A stretch of 60,782 bases of DNA, the filler included, from Platydemus manokwari (lineage: Eukaryota): the NCBI GenBank assembly GCA_037951405.1. It is 5 parts of 5 records of this genome, joined end to end, with 100 filler letters (N's around TTAATTAATTAA, not from the genome) between each part and the next. Parts side by side here need not be neighbours in the genome. Positions count along the whole stretch, not along the records: positions 38,389 to 50,981 come from JBBMOY010066679.1; positions 51,082 to 60,782 come from JBBMOY011215433.1; 3 more parts are not named here. One strand, written 5' to 3'. The notes beneath the pieces were generated by a model, which did no database searches, was not told the DNA's origin, and saw only the letters and a list, made by a program, of their open reading frames with translations. Positions within the stretch are counted from its first letter, which is position 1, and each line of letters opens with the position of its first letter. Of the stretch, positions 40,880-55,300 are shown piece after piece. The position numbers and the translations under genes are program-made.

Positions 40880-42694
40880 ATATAGGTAAGCATAAAAACT
40901 TATTTTATTGATGTTGATTTATTTGAAAAAATCTTTTTCAACATGTTGAATATATATTGTTGAGTGAAACGAAATCTTGCAAAAGAAAACGGATTTGCAC
41001 CTTAGAACCCTGCACAATCATACTGTCATGGCTATCAACCAGTTAAAATTGACTTAAATGGAAAATGATAATTGGAAAAGGGACATAGCCACATAACAAC
41101 ACATTTATAGAATTGGCCAATCCCATGCATACATAAACCAATAGGCCCAATAAAAGCATGAGGAAATAAAGATCAAATCAAAATTTTTTATAAACATGAC
41201 ACAAAAAATTACACACAGATATCTAGTATAAACACCTATGTAAAGATGACCAGCTGCCAGTTGAAGTCCAAGTTGTGGTTGCATTTTTTGGGACATTGTA
41301 TTGAATTTTAGAATCGTACCGAATGGCACCAGTACTAGTCGTAAACCAATTTTGATTGTACCTTTGTGTTATTTTGCTAGTTGTACTGATTAGTACGTAA
41401 GTTAGAAATAAAGTTGACAATCTTCGATTTTTAGCGTCAGCAGTTTCAGAATCTAACTCCAACAATTTTCTAGATTTTATTTATACTTCTTTATTTTTTA
41501 ACCTTTCTACAATGTAAACTATGATATGATTGAAAGAACAAACAAAATCAATTAGAGAAATTATTATTATTATTATTATACCACTGTTAAGATATCAATT
41601 GTCGCTGATTAGTGAAAATTGTAATTATAAATCACAAAAGATTACAAAACCTGAATTGTCACTAAACACGATTAAAATCAAGCTAAATCAGCAATAGATA
41701 ATCAACGCAAGATGCCTTCAACACCCGAAAGTTAAACAACAAAGCAGAAGACAACCGCAAAGACTGGTTGTCAGAAAAATTCTTGTAAAAGTCACACATA
41801 ATATAAGTTACCTAATACAAAGAGTACCATATGCTCGTGAAATCCAGCTCCTTTTAAAGATATCTCAGAGCTTCACTTCTCATCCAATAGAGTCGTTCAC
41901 AGGTTGGTCTATTGGCAATTTCTCTTACATCTCACGAGATATTAGTGAATTTCAATGCATGCTGCCACTTGTTGGTATGTTCCAATTGATTATTAAATTT
42001 TAAATGTAAGAAGAATCTGGTTGGCTATTGGCACTTGCGCCCATCGAATCCGTGAGTATCAAACCTTTGAGATTTTTTCCATGGTTTCTTTTATGACCTA
42101 GTCTACACCACGAAGAAATTTGCATATGACATAGTGGAGTTATTTTAACTTAAACATAAGCTTAAACGCTAAAGGGAGTTTAAGGACACTTAATTTTTCC
42201 TAGCAAGTTCTAAAAATTTTACATTGTTGTTCATTTCACAACTATCTGTGGACAATGTAGAATATTGGCAATATACGACAAAAAGAAAAATTATAAATTA
42301 TAAAAACAACAATCAAAACTAGAGTTCTCATAATCGATTGAAACACATTCTCTCGGCTACGAATCAGATATGTTATGATTAGTAAATAATGATTGAATTT
42401 TCACTACCTACCAATGTACATGAACAAAAGGCTACAAAAAATCGCAATAAGTCCATTGAAAATAGACACCAAGGAATTATGAAATAGTTTCCATGAGTCA
42501 ATATCTAGAATATTGGCGAAAGATCAAAAATTAAAATTGTTACTCAAACCTAATGAGCAAATTTCAATTATAAGTTGAACCGACTTTCACTAAATTGACC
42601 ACTTATTTTTATAAAAACTTTTTAATTAAAATGGGCCTTATGCACTGTTTTTAAATGACATTTTTCACATTTAATTCGGCTGGTCTACTAATAT

Positions 42695-44440
42695 TTATCC
42701 ATAAACATTGATATTCGAGATACCCATACATAGAAATATGGGATGTACGTGGCTCTTTCTTTCGATCGATCCATGAATCACATTTCCTTGTTCATATATA
42801 ATATTTTTAGAACTGTGTCGTTCGTCTGTGTTTGCCAAGTTCCGAGAACTCCTACAATAAAAGTGAACAGTTCCACAGTCCATTTGAGCTGCTTTTTTAT
42901 TGTATTTAAGGAGTCTGTATTTTTCTATATTCTTTTGAGCTGTTTCGGTCATTAAAGCATGTTCGTCTGTGGGGCATTTTACATCGACTTGAACCATCGT
43001 GGATGTTCGATCATTTATCAGTTGAAGATCTACCCTTGATTTGGATTCCGTGAATTGGCATTCTTTCTTTACAAAGACTCTGTAATCAGTATTGTTAACA
43101 ATTTCCTTGGCCAGTATATCCATGATTCTGTACTGCCGATAGAATACAAAGAGTGAGATGGTTTGCACCATGTTAAAACGTGTGTTTGTGATTCCACTTC
43201 ATATAAAAATTTTCTGCATGCCATTCCTTTCATGTTCTTTTTATTCAGAGTTGGAAGGTTGTTCATCCTTGCGTTATGAAAAAATCTGAATTCAGCAATA
43301 GTTAGGTGCTCACTAATACTACTTTTGACCACATTGGACTAGTAGCTTCTGAGTAGCTGCTATAGGGTACATTTATTATTTGATTAGTCCAGTTTAATTG
43401 GTAAGATCGTAAAAAACATTGTCTCAGCAATTTTGAAGTTTCTTTGATTTTCTTTGGTTTCACTATGGTATTCCTTTCGTAATGGGAACAATTGATTGTA
43501 AGGCTTTTATTAACTCTAAGCATTATCTCACCATTGATAATAATGAAAGAAACCGTGATATATGTTTTCTTTCCGGCATATTTAATGCTCTCTCTTATTT
43601 CACCCCACCATGTTTTGCTTCTCTTATTTGGTAGAATACGCGAATTGATCCATTCTAATGCTTCATTGATTGTCGCAGCTTGATTATTCAAAATAGCACT
43701 TTTGCACAAGTAGTGTATGGCCGTAATCCTAATCATTTCATGTTTGCTCGTTAATAGATGATACGCATGGGTGATCGATTGTATTGTATACTCCTATGTT
43801 ACGCTTCGTAGTCCACAACCGCCATTTGATTTTGTTGAGTAAATTCAATGGGTAAAATTTCGGTACGCCAAGGATTTCTTTCAGATATTTTCTTATCATC
43901 ACATCAAACAGCAGTAATCTACTATCAATGACATAGTAATTTCTCATGTTGAAGGTCACTTTTATGTGTACGAACAAATCAAAGGCCCTTATCTTCTGCC
44001 ATGGTAGTAAAATGCATTTTTCCAGTTTAATAATCAGAGTTTCTATGTCGATAAACAGTCCTTCTGTTGTATTATGTAACTTCAAATAAAAGTTCACTCT
44101 TAGGTAGTTCTTCTACACTGTTTGTAGGAATTTTCTCATTGTAGATGAGGAGTTCCTCCGCGTTAGTAATTGCTCTTTGATTATGTAAGTTCTCATATTT
44201 TGAAGGTTTGAACTTAAAACCAAGTTGGAACCCGAGAGCCGATTGATCATCATTTATCATCATTTGGAGTGCATTTTTGTTTTTCGCAATAATTGCTATG
44301 CCATCTGCATAAACATGGCATGAAATTCGATTATTTGGAATTATCAGGCCTCCAATAAGATAAGTTTCCATTTGTACCAAGATTGGACTGATGGCTATGT
44401 TGAATAAAAGCATGGAGATTGGGCAGCCCCGTTTATTACA
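42695..44440 (-). mobile_element. Decayed, 5'-truncated non-LTR retrotransposon of the REL-endonuclease group (R2/NeSL/R4-like)
   Basis: RT motifs GCPISMLLFN, YADG(D), FKPSK; C-terminal CRKF..ESQTHVLTWC knuckle; RVDL..VDVKCP..KNIEKY restriction-like endonuclease. Confidence 0.85.
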
Positions 44441-46766
44441 ATAAAATACTTTCACAAATAGAATATTTTGTAAATTAATTGTCAACACAACAAAATAAGT
44501 TCAAAATAAGTTCGAAATCTCAACAAAGATGTATATAAAAGTTTCATCACTTGATAAATTGCTAAAGACTCAACTGTCAAACTTTCATAACTGTATCCTT
44601 GATATATGCATTCCAAATATGTACCTTCATCAAAGTACTGATCATCATAACCTTGATATTCAGATAATATATCAATCAATTCGAAACTTGATAAGCATGA
44701 TAAATATGAGTCGAACAGTTTCATACTTTTCAGTGGAGAACCAACCAACAAATTTAGAATTACCTTGTATTAGAAAATATTAAGAAGATTATACTCATAG
44801 ATATCAGACATTCACTTGACCTCATCAAAATACTCAAAGCATTCAAAATATTAATAAGCATTGAAAGAATTCTTAATCTTTCCTTACCCATTCTAGTAAT
44901 AATCTTTGAAGCCCCATGACGGATTCGTTCTGCAACTATTTCAATATAGGAAATCCCAGAGATAAGAAATATACCGGTAGACTATTTGGTAATACGAACT
45001 TTCTATTTCAAATTTTATGCACCTATGTTGAATGCATTAATTCTGTAAAATGGGTGTCTTGATTGTTTTTATGGTCGAAATAATTTGACAACATAAGCAG
45101 CCAAAAATTACGAAGCTAAAATTTATAAAACTGGTAAAGATCAAAAATTATATTACCTATTAGGTAACCGTTGTAAGTTGGGAAATTACATAAATAAATA
45201 TTTACGTGATAGATGCTTGAGAATCTCTAGTGAGGTGATATTTTGTTGAAGCCCATCAATAAATACCAATGGAATATTTGTTGGGATTGTCTTTATTTAA
45301 TTCTTAACAACCCTATATTGATCAATCAAAATTCCAAAAGGTTTGTCACTTGAACAAAAAGTAGTTAAATACCATGAATGCTTTTGCGCTTAGTTCATTT
45401 CTGATTTTAGATTTTTTTTCTTTTAATTAAAGTTTTGCCAGGCAGATGTTTAAAATTTTGACTACATTTTTGAAATTAATATTATTAGCAAAAAAAGATT
45501 TGTTCATATATATATTTGCTGAAGAGGAACCCCTCGGAAAAATCTAATCGTTTTATGCAGAAAACAGCATTTATTTTTTAAAATGTAATAAAATTATTTA
45601 TGTTTAGAGTATTGTGGAGAACTAACCAGTCCATTTTGACCCAACCAAATTAACCAAAAAATAAATATAAATTGATATAAATTTTTTTCAAATTAAGTCT
45701 CAAATCAAGAAAATAATAATACGAGAAATTACAAAAATATTCACAGAATTTTTAAATTTTTTTACTGCATCAAAACTAATCGGCATTAAAGTCATTAGGA
45801 AAATCCGCATCGAAATCTAAAAATAGAACCTCAGATGAATGGAAAACATAAATAACAACACTAGTTGCTATAAATAGACATTAAGACTGAAAATAGTAAT
45901 CTATGCTGTACATATGCTAAAATTAGCAGCATATGCTACTAAGCATAGAATGTTACCAAAAATAGCAACACGATGCATGACTCACAATAAGACACAAAAT
46001 TGAAAATTGGCACTTCGCACTTCGACTAATCACAGTTCTAAATTTAATGAATTTGCGCAAGCACAATTACGACACACTTCAAAATGACTTATTTACAATT
46101 TAAAGAAGTTATTTTGTTCGATTCTGATCCGCAGATTTTACCGTTCTAAAGATATTTTTGTATGCCAATTTTGATTTGAAGACTTTAATGATGCATCCCA
46201 CAAGTAATTTTTCTAACTGCTCAATTAATTTTCGACCCACGACTAGTTATAGCCTTGAAATCTACTAAAATCATATAAGTTCTACTTCAAAGTTCCACAC
46301 CTTCATATTGGTCACAAGAGGCTTACCCGAGCACCTAAGCGGTATGCCCTATACTGTTCACTCTTTGCTCCGACAATAGCTAACACCGCCTTTAGTATTT
46401 TAAATTGATTGTATTCAGATTTTTAATTGTTCATTAATATATTTTATTTTGTTGCATTTGTTCACTATATTTTATTTTATCATTCTATATATTTAAATAT
46501 TATTTTTTATTATAAACGAGAGATTAAGCGACAATAGCCTCTTATCTGTTTGGAGTCCAGATAAGTTGAATAACTAGGGTAAATACATTTGGGAATCTAT
46601 TTAACGTTATTTAAAAATCCTTCTGATAAAACTACAATATTAATTTATACCTTTTTACAAATTGCACATTTTTAGTTTGGGCTTATTCTTACTATAATAA
46701 AACCCAATAATCTTTAACAGTATTGTACATGTTTGAATAGCCTAAATTTATTCTTATCGAAAAATC

Positions 46767-47041
46767 AGTGGCAAATTTGAGCTTGGTGTTTCTTGCTCAA
46801 CTCTTTAAGATTCGGTCGTGTTTTTGACACACACGAAGTTCATCTTGTTTCTTGTGATTGATGATTTTCAGAGCTGAAAAGCCAAATTCACACAAATATG
46901 AGGTTGAAAGAAGTCGTCGCGTTTTCTGGGCAATTGCAGGATATTTAACATGTTAATTATTTGTTCGTTGTTATCATTTAAAAATTTAGAAATTGTGGAA
47001 CCCCTGAAGTGTACTGGCGAAACACTGGTTGAAAACCACTG
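46767..47041 (-). mobile_element. hAT (Charlie/SPIN-like) deleted derivative
   Basis: TIR CAGTGGTTTTCAACC at 47041; STSYLCEFGFSAL..HQAQICH* dimerisation-domain C-terminus. Confidence 0.8.
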
Positions 47042-47586
47042 TTATATACTCAGAAATTGTATTATCATGATTTGTTAAAATCTCAAAGAATCAACTCTTA
47101 CGAAACCATACTTTACATAGTAAATTTAAGATTAAGACAAAGCCTGGTATCCTCATATGTTAGTGAGGCAAAACCTAAAAGAATTTGTGTGAGTACTCAA
47201 GTTAAAGAACTCATTAATGTTCAAAATTCCTCTTCAACAATATGAGACATATAAAAGAGCTTGCAAGGACAATTTTGGAAATAATAAAGCGGAAATGTAT
47301 TTGGACATTATAAATGATTCCGTTAATGATCAACAAGACTATATGGTGTATCATTGAACATTTATTTATTACATTCACACGGTGATAATATAAATCATCG
47401 CGTCATCAAGCTTTATCAATTACATGAAGGCTGGGATTGGTTGTTAAAATATCACATAGGACAAACATCAAACACCACTGGAAAATATAAACAAAACAAG
47501 AACAATTTCAAATCAAAACCATTGGAAAGCAAATGAAAATCATTATATTAAACTTTAATTCAAATATATATATACACAAAAGATCA

Positions 47587-50319
47587 TCAAACTGGCCCGA
47601 CATTGAACCCAGCTGGTTTCTTTCCTGGCCAAGCTTCTTTGGCGTACTTCTTCTTGCGAGGTTCATCATCTTGGGTTTTGTTGAGAGCGGTTTGATCGAG
47701 AGTGATATGTTGCGAACTGTGAACGAGTGTCACACTGGGTAACGCTTCGAATGTTGATTGGTCAACTTCTGGTGCGAGATTTGGCATGGGCAGGCCGAGT
47801 TTCGTTGCTGCCGAATAGGCTGGATTGACGAGATGGTGTGACATGGATGAATACTCGTATGGATCGTCTTTCGCTAACAAATCGTTCCTCGTTGCAACCA
47901 AATAACTACTCGATCCAATCGATGAAACCGACAGTTTTTGGCGCTGAAATTGAAATATTTGATGAATAATTATTTGAAACAACAAATTATCGATCATGTT
48001 TTTCAAGACTCGCCTGTTGATTATTGATATAATCGATGATATGAGGACATGTATTTACAAAACGTGAATTCAATTAATGAAAACCGAGTAACTGTGAGCT
48101 TCTCTGTCATTTTTATTCATTAATTCGTCAGAAATAATATATAATCAAAAATCTCAATTCGTCAAATCCAAATGTTGGTCAAACACTCGTCAAGTGTTCA
48201 TGATAGTCATGGAAAGTCAAATTTTTAACAAGCTGAAATATTTAAACATTTCTGTAGAAGAACTTTAGGAGATCAATTATTAGAGCCGATTCGGCAACTA
48301 TAGCAACGATGTTCGCGCTTATGGGTTTATAATAATAGTATATGATGCGAGAACTTATATCTACCAAAATGCAATTGTAATCCACAAATAATACACGCAG
48401 AATTAAGATTATCAATTTCCAAATATTAAGAAATAATCAATAATAAAAATATCGTTTCACTAGAGGCGAGCGTTCGTCAAAAACTCGCGATTATTTAAGA
48501 CGTCAATTTTTTTAATATACTGAAATATTAAATTGTATTTCAGAAAAAGAACCTTAGAAGAACAATAATTAGAGCTGATTCGGCAACTATAGCAACGAGG
48601 TTCGCTCTTATTGGTTTATAATAATCATTGATGATGCGAGAACTTATATCTACCAAAATCCAAATGTATTTTATAAAAATATACGCAAAATTAAGATTTT
48701 CCATTTCCAAATATTAAGAAATAATCAATAATAAAAATATCGTTTCACTAGAGGCGAGCGTTAGTCAAATGTTCGTCAAAAACTCGCGATTATTTAAGAC
48801 GTCAATTTTTTTAATACACTGAAATATTTAATCGTGTTTCGGAAAAAGAACTTTAAAGATCAATTATTAGAGCCGATTCGGCAATTATAGCAACGATGTT
48901 CGCTCTTATTTGTTTATAATAATCGTTGATGATGCGAGAACTTACATCTACCAAAATGCAATTGTATTCCACAAAAATATACGCAAAATTAAGATTTTCA
49001 ATTCCCGAATATTGAAAAATAATCAATAATGAAAATATCGTTTCCCGAGAGGCAAGCGTTCGTCAAAGGTTCGTCAAAAACTCGCGATAATTTAAGTAGT
49101 CAATTTTTTTTAATAAACTGAAATATAATCCTAGAAGACCAATAATAGATCAGATCAACAAACTATAGCAAGGAAACTCGCTTATTGGTTTCTAGAAATC
49201 AATAATCTTGTAATAATAAAAACTTACAGCAATCTTTTATAATACAAACGTAACAAATCTTGATAAAATCAAATGATTACAAAGTGTTCGCGTTGATAAA
49301 AATTGCTACAATTTCAATAAATCTCACCTTGTTGGGGATGAAAGTCTCTTGGACAAGATTTCTGAAACGCCCAATCGATGGATCAATGTCTTCTGGGTTG
49401 ATAATCTCCTCTTGGTCGGTGAAATGAACATACAGATTCATTTTGTGTGATGGTCGTTTGACTTTTGTGTCTTTCATATTGATAATTGTTGTGTTTCTGC
49501 GATTTTGAGCAGTGTTAAATTCGGTAAGATTATCCAGTTCTTCTTCATCATCCGGTAAATTGCCAGCAAAATTGGCGTCTTCTGAACGGCCGAGACCGTT
49601 TTGTATGGAACCAGGCCGTTCACGTATGACATACATTCGAGTGCTGGCACCAAAATGTAATTTAGAATCGATTGGAATCTACCATCATTTATATAAGACT
49701 GCTATAAACATCTTAATGATTAAAAGTATTTATGAAGTCCGTCTTTACTTAATTAGATTAAAATTTCCAGTTTTACTGTAATTAATAGAATTTAAATAAT
49801 TGAAATTTATTAATTTACCAACAATAAACGAAAATTTAATCAATATTAAAATTAAATGTATAAAGTAGTTCAGTTAACAAAAATATAACATTTACTTGCT
49901 GAGGTTTTCTAGATTCTAATCGAATACTACCAACAAATGTCCCATGAACACTACCAAGATCAATTAAAAATGGTCTATGTAAATCCTTATGCCAAACTAA
50001 TGCACTGTGTACACGAGAACCAGATTGATGATCAATTGCAAAATCACATAATTGTCGATTACGACCAAAAAAATAACATTTCTTTTCATCAATCATCAAT
50101 TTCTGAAATATTGTTTACATTATAATTCGATATATTTTACTACAAATCCGAACTTGTATCAATTTACCATCTTTCATGACATCTAAATGTAATCCCGGTG
50201 GAGGTTTGCCAGCCCTAAATTGTTAATAATGAAAGCAAATTTCAAAAATCTAACCATTCTGGAATTTTAAAATTATTTGTCAAACTTTGAGCAACTGCAT
50301 CATATTTTGACTTTGACAT
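47587..50319 (-). CDS. PPP1R8: Nuclear inhibitor of protein phosphatase 1 (FHA domain); exons 50255-50319, 50154-50214, 49896-50102, 49328-49678, 47587-47943
   Basis: W AGKPPPGLHLDVMKDGK, FFGRN..SRVH..DLGSVHGTF (FHA), LTEFNTAQNRR, EEIINPEDIDPSIGRFRNLVQ, KKYAKEAWPGKKP; GT-AG introns in frame. Confidence 0.93.
48259..49180. repeat. ~290-300 bp tandem repeat (3 copies plus a partial) in NIPP1 intron 4
   Basis: Units start at ~48259, 48548, 48847 and 49130 (..GATTCGGCAACTATAGCAACG..GATGCGAGAACTTA..GTTCGTCAAAAACTCGCGAT). Confidence 0.92.
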
Positions 50320-51330
50320 CAGTTTTAATATTCAAAATAAAAATTATTATATATAGATTTTAAACAAATTTTGAAACTTTATTCATTAACTTAAAATTTT
50401 CTTGCTTAACATTGAAAATAAAAAATTGAAACTTTATTTTTTTAAACTTTCAAGTTAAAAACTAATTTGACTTTTTGATTTGAAAATCAGTATTTTTTGC
50501 TTATATTACTTTTTTAAATGATAATATCTGAGTAAAAAGTTACCAATATAAATTATGTATTAAAATCACTTTTATCATTAATGAAACATACACAATGTTC
50601 CGTACGTAGTCTCTTCGAATAAATAACTTTACTATTGAAATATGTTCTGTTTAGTTTATTATCCCAATTACCATTTAAACAGGCATGAAATATCTATCAA
50701 AATATCATGCAACAACTTTTAAAAATATAATAACACTATTATTTAGAATTTTAATTCTTCAACAAATTAGAAACTTTGCAAATAATTGAATATTTTCAGC
50801 AACGCCTGTATGAATGTGCGTATGTTGAGTAAATTGTGAATTGTAAATTGAATTTACTTGTCGAGTGTTAACGTCGTTTATTTGAATTTTAAGTCTAACT
50901 TTGTGATCATAATTACAGTTTTTATTATTCAGCGTTAATGGACATATAAATTTTATATATATCCAACGGGAGGAAACAGTCNNNNNNNNNNNNNNNNNNN
51001 NNNNNNNNNNNNNNNNNNNNNNNNNTTAATTAATTAANNNNNNNNNNNNNNNNNNNNNNNNNNNNNNNNNNNNNNNNNNNNCGAAGCACTATATTTGAAG
51101 ATATATCAAACAAATCAATTTTTTAATAAAAGTATTAATATTTAAGTGATATTGTTAAAAATTTTTTGATCTTAAATTTAATTTATTTGTAATATCGTTT
51201 AATATAACATATAAAAAACTGAATATATACTAAAACTTTAAGTTTGTTTAAATATTTATCCGATTTTGGATATTTTAAGGTCCATATAATTACTGAAACA
51301 ATTATTTTAGAGTTATTTATTTACATTCAG

Positions 51331-52302
51331 ATGACAGAAACAGATAAATTTAAAATTTGGCTCCAAACTTATTTATTGGATTTGGACAAAGATTTAGATA
51401 CAGATATCTATTTAGATTATATTTATGAAAATCTTACAAACTATTCTCCAAATCCTTGCAATAAAAATGAAATTATTGAAAATCTACATTCAATTATGGA
51501 ATCCCTGATGGTAAGACGTTATTCATATTGTTTGGTATATGAATTTTAAATGTAAATTTCAGCCCGATGTTAAATTAAGCACATCAAACGAAATATTAAA
51601 TAAATATATCATGGAAATTAACAACATTGGTACTTAACTGTATTTTTATATTATAATTAATTCAAACTATCTAGAAAGGGAAACAGAATTAAATGCCGAA
51701 TCTGAAAAAATTGATGTATTACTTGAGATTATTCAAAATGACAAGAATGCTATCGATATTAATAAACGATCGAAAGTAATTGATCCCAAATATGCCCTGG
51801 ATTACAAGCGAGCTGATAACTCGGAAATCGAAGAAGATTCCTTTTCTGATGGAGATATCGATGCCGAATTTTCCAATATAAAACTCGAACCTTCTAGGAA
51901 AATCGATGATGTATTGTGCGTTTTCGATTCCGAAAACCCGTTAAAATCTTCAAATCATGTCAACACAAAGCAATCATCGGTTTCTGTCACAAAAGATTTT
52001 CTTAGAAGACGTTTTAATTCAGATGATGACGATTCTGATGATCCTGATTATAATCCCATTTCTGGTAAATTTATTTGTTAAAATATGGCATTCGAAATTA
52101 ATTAATTTTTTTAGATGATTACGGCAAGGCAAACAGAGAATCGGTCGAGAAAGCTTCCCAAGAATTACGTGCCAAAATGAAAGAGAAACACCAGCAAAAG
52201 AAAGATAAAGACAAGTTGGATAGACAGAAGCAAAAAGAACAAGTGAAAGCTCGAAAAGAAAATGAAAAAAAGCGTACACAAAAATCTGAAAAGCGTCGAT
52301 AA
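51331..52302 (+). CDS. CCDC43: Coiled-coil domain-containing protein 43; exons 51331-51510, 51563-51629, 51675-52064, 52115-52302
   Basis: N-terminal FKIWL..LD.D..IYLDYI; C-terminal KDKLDRQKQKEQVKARKENEKKRTQKSEKRR*; GT-AG introns in frame. Confidence 0.8.
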
Positions 52303-55300
52303 TTTGTGGTGAAATTGTTTTAAAATTTATTTATCATGTTTTCAAATAAATCGGAGTTGATTTTTATTTTGTTTCAAGTTATTTTCTAACAGATTCACTT
52401 ACTGTGTTTTTTGTAATGGTTGTCATGACTTCTTATTGTAGGACGATTAATGAACTCAAGGAATATTTGTAGTACGCAGTTTCATTCATAAATCATTCTT
52501 ATTTGATTTCTAATTGGTCAGTTCTACTCATGATGATGAGTAATTGTTAATGTCTTAAAATAATTCATAAAATAATAAGTCAGGAAAAATTAATATTCGA
52601 TGGGATTGGCTGGATTTCAAAATAATAGTTTTCGATGAGTAATGTTTTATGATTCGATGTTTAACATTTTAGTTAAAATTTGTGTGATTATTTTTATAAT
52701 TAAAAATTTGATAAAACAAACAAGTGTTGATAATATTTTTAGCAATAATAATTCATATATTAGTATCATATTTCGGTGTAAATTTCAATATTTTTCGATT
52801 ATCACACTGACTGTTTCCAATAGGAACCTCTACATGATTTTATACATTTAATAATTAAAACAATATTTTCCATAAAATAAAATATAACCATCACAATAAC
52901 TAAAAGGTTAATTATAACTGTTAATTATTCATAAGTCTTCGCCTGTCAAACTAAAATAAAACAACAGTAAGAACAAACTAAATGTATTGAGTTACTTTAA
53001 TGCACAATAAAACCAAATAACAGTAAAAACAGAAAACAGTAAATAATAAGAAATTTCATAGCAACTGTTTAAAGTGTTTACCATCTTGCTCCAAACAGAG
53101 ATGGAATCTTTTCCTGAAGCTTGAATAACTTTAACGGAAGACTTCTTGATTGATGTTTATTAATTCATGTGAAATTGCTTTTTCACGTTCGTTGAGCGTT
53201 ACATAGTTATTATGGATTGCATAAACTCTATCTATGGTAAAGCTCCATAACCAAAAGTTCAATATCGTGAGGCGAAAATTTGACATTACCAGCTACTTTC
53301 GCCATATTGTAATAATGCAACTGATTAATAAGAAATAAAATACATTAATCAGTGAATAATTAATATCAATCAGTATAAATTATGTTGTGCTTGTTGTTTT
53401 ATTTACTAGTTTTAGAGACGGAGACATATGAATCGCACGGTATTTATCTATTTCTAGGCCTGATTAAGATTAGCAATAAAAACTCTCTGGAAATGATCTT
53501 AAATTTGCTTAAATAATGTTTGTTTTGTTTATAATAATACATCATTTCAAAAAATCGTATTAATGAATTCTTCCATTCAATTTTAAACCAGACAGACCTA
53601 CAATTGGTTTCCTTGTTATATTAAATTATTAATAATACCAATGAGACAACGTTAAAATTTTACCTAAAAAACTAATGCAGAAGGTGGTTTCTGTAACTTT
53701 TTTAAAAATAATAATCACACCATATGTTTCGCATTTTAAACTTCAGATCAAATTATAAGTCTTTGTTTGAAGATTTAATGAAAGTGCGACAAGTTTAATG
53801 CTCTAAAGTGACAGTAATAAAAATCTATCAATGTATTTTTCATAAGCGTTGATTTTGATTATTTTATGTTTGAGCCATAAAAATATTTTCATGATGATTA
53901 TTTTGTTAGCCAATATTCCCCACACTTTGATTACACTCAAACATGGCATTGTATTTTGAAAAGGCTGTTTGAGTTTAAGCTCCAGTTTTATCTCTAGCTT
54001 CAATGTGAATCACTTTATGTTCGACAATGATTAAAACTAATTATTGATTACGAGCCTTTCCGATTATATCAGAAACAGCCTCTAGCTGAATCGATAGGAT
54101 TTTTTTAAAATTGTAATCCACTATATAGATTTTATGAAGTATAAACAATACCAATTAATCAAAACGGTTTGAATTTTATTAAAGAATCGACCAGCTGACT
54201 ATTCCTAAACAATTATATGGATCAGTAATCCGGAACTGCAATCAAAAGTTTTCTTACAACAAGTCTCACTTAAACGTTTTTCATTTTCAATTAAAACTCG
54301 ATTATAATTTGGTGAAGTTCACTTAAACGAACCAATATCTTTAAGTTCCTGGTATGTATTGATTTGTCCGATAATAACAGAGAACTATTATTTCCTTGAT
54401 CCCAATATTTACATACTTTATGAATTGTTGGTTTTAATTTAGTTTTTATTAGAAATTATAATTGCAAATTTATTCTTTAATTAAGAATTATTTTAAATTT
54501 ATTTATTATAGAGAGTTTATTAAGAAGATCTTTTCTTAAACTGTTGTCAGAAAGAGTCTTTGTGAAATACGAATTATCGAGATGTAGAAGATTAATTTTG
54601 CTGTTGATAATTCTCAATAATAATGCGAATTCTAATAAAAGATAAGACAAAAATATATTTATTCATTCATATAAAAAGAAAATTAATCAAAAAATACAGT
54701 GCTCGTACCTCGAGAGAAGAAACTGACTCGTATATCTATTACACTAGGTAGTGTTAATGAGATGAATTGACAATATTGCAACTAAGCCTTCGGGCAGTTA
54801 ATGATTGATAGAAACAAAAATTATCGAAATTTATTGCATGGAAGCTTTCGTTAATGAATTCTTGATCAATACTACTGGCTTCTTTAACTCATACAATTTA
54901 CTGGATCGTATGACAATAATAATGGTCAATTTAACCTTTTGTAAAATCCAAAATTTTGTCAACCAACATATGACATAACATAATAGAGCTTTGTTTTGTA
55001 ATTCATACTGAACATTTTCATCAGTACAACGTCCCGAGAAAATTGATAACAAAAACTTTTACAAAAATAGTTTTATCTCACAACGCAATGGACATAGGAG
55101 AAAATCAGACAAAATTAAAAATTCTTTATCAGCATAAAAATAAAAAAAATTCTTAGTTGACTGATAATAAAATAACGCTGTTGGTGAGTAGGTCAAGGTA
55201 GACGAATGGTGAATCAGTCGAATCAAACAAGAAACCATGATAGATAAATGGAAATAAGTGATAGACTAATTTCAAAAGACACGAAGACATTATATATCTT

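Noticed and set aside
44482-44751. 89-aa ORF next to the non-LTR remnant
   Set aside because: Cannot be assigned to the element or to a known host gene from sequence alone
45519-45545. CTGAAGAGG..GGAAA hammerhead-like core
   Set aside because: No convincing stems I/III or cleavage triplet
48259-49180. CRISPR-like or ncRNA array
   Set aside because: Whole units are repeated with no unique spacers; eukaryotic intron
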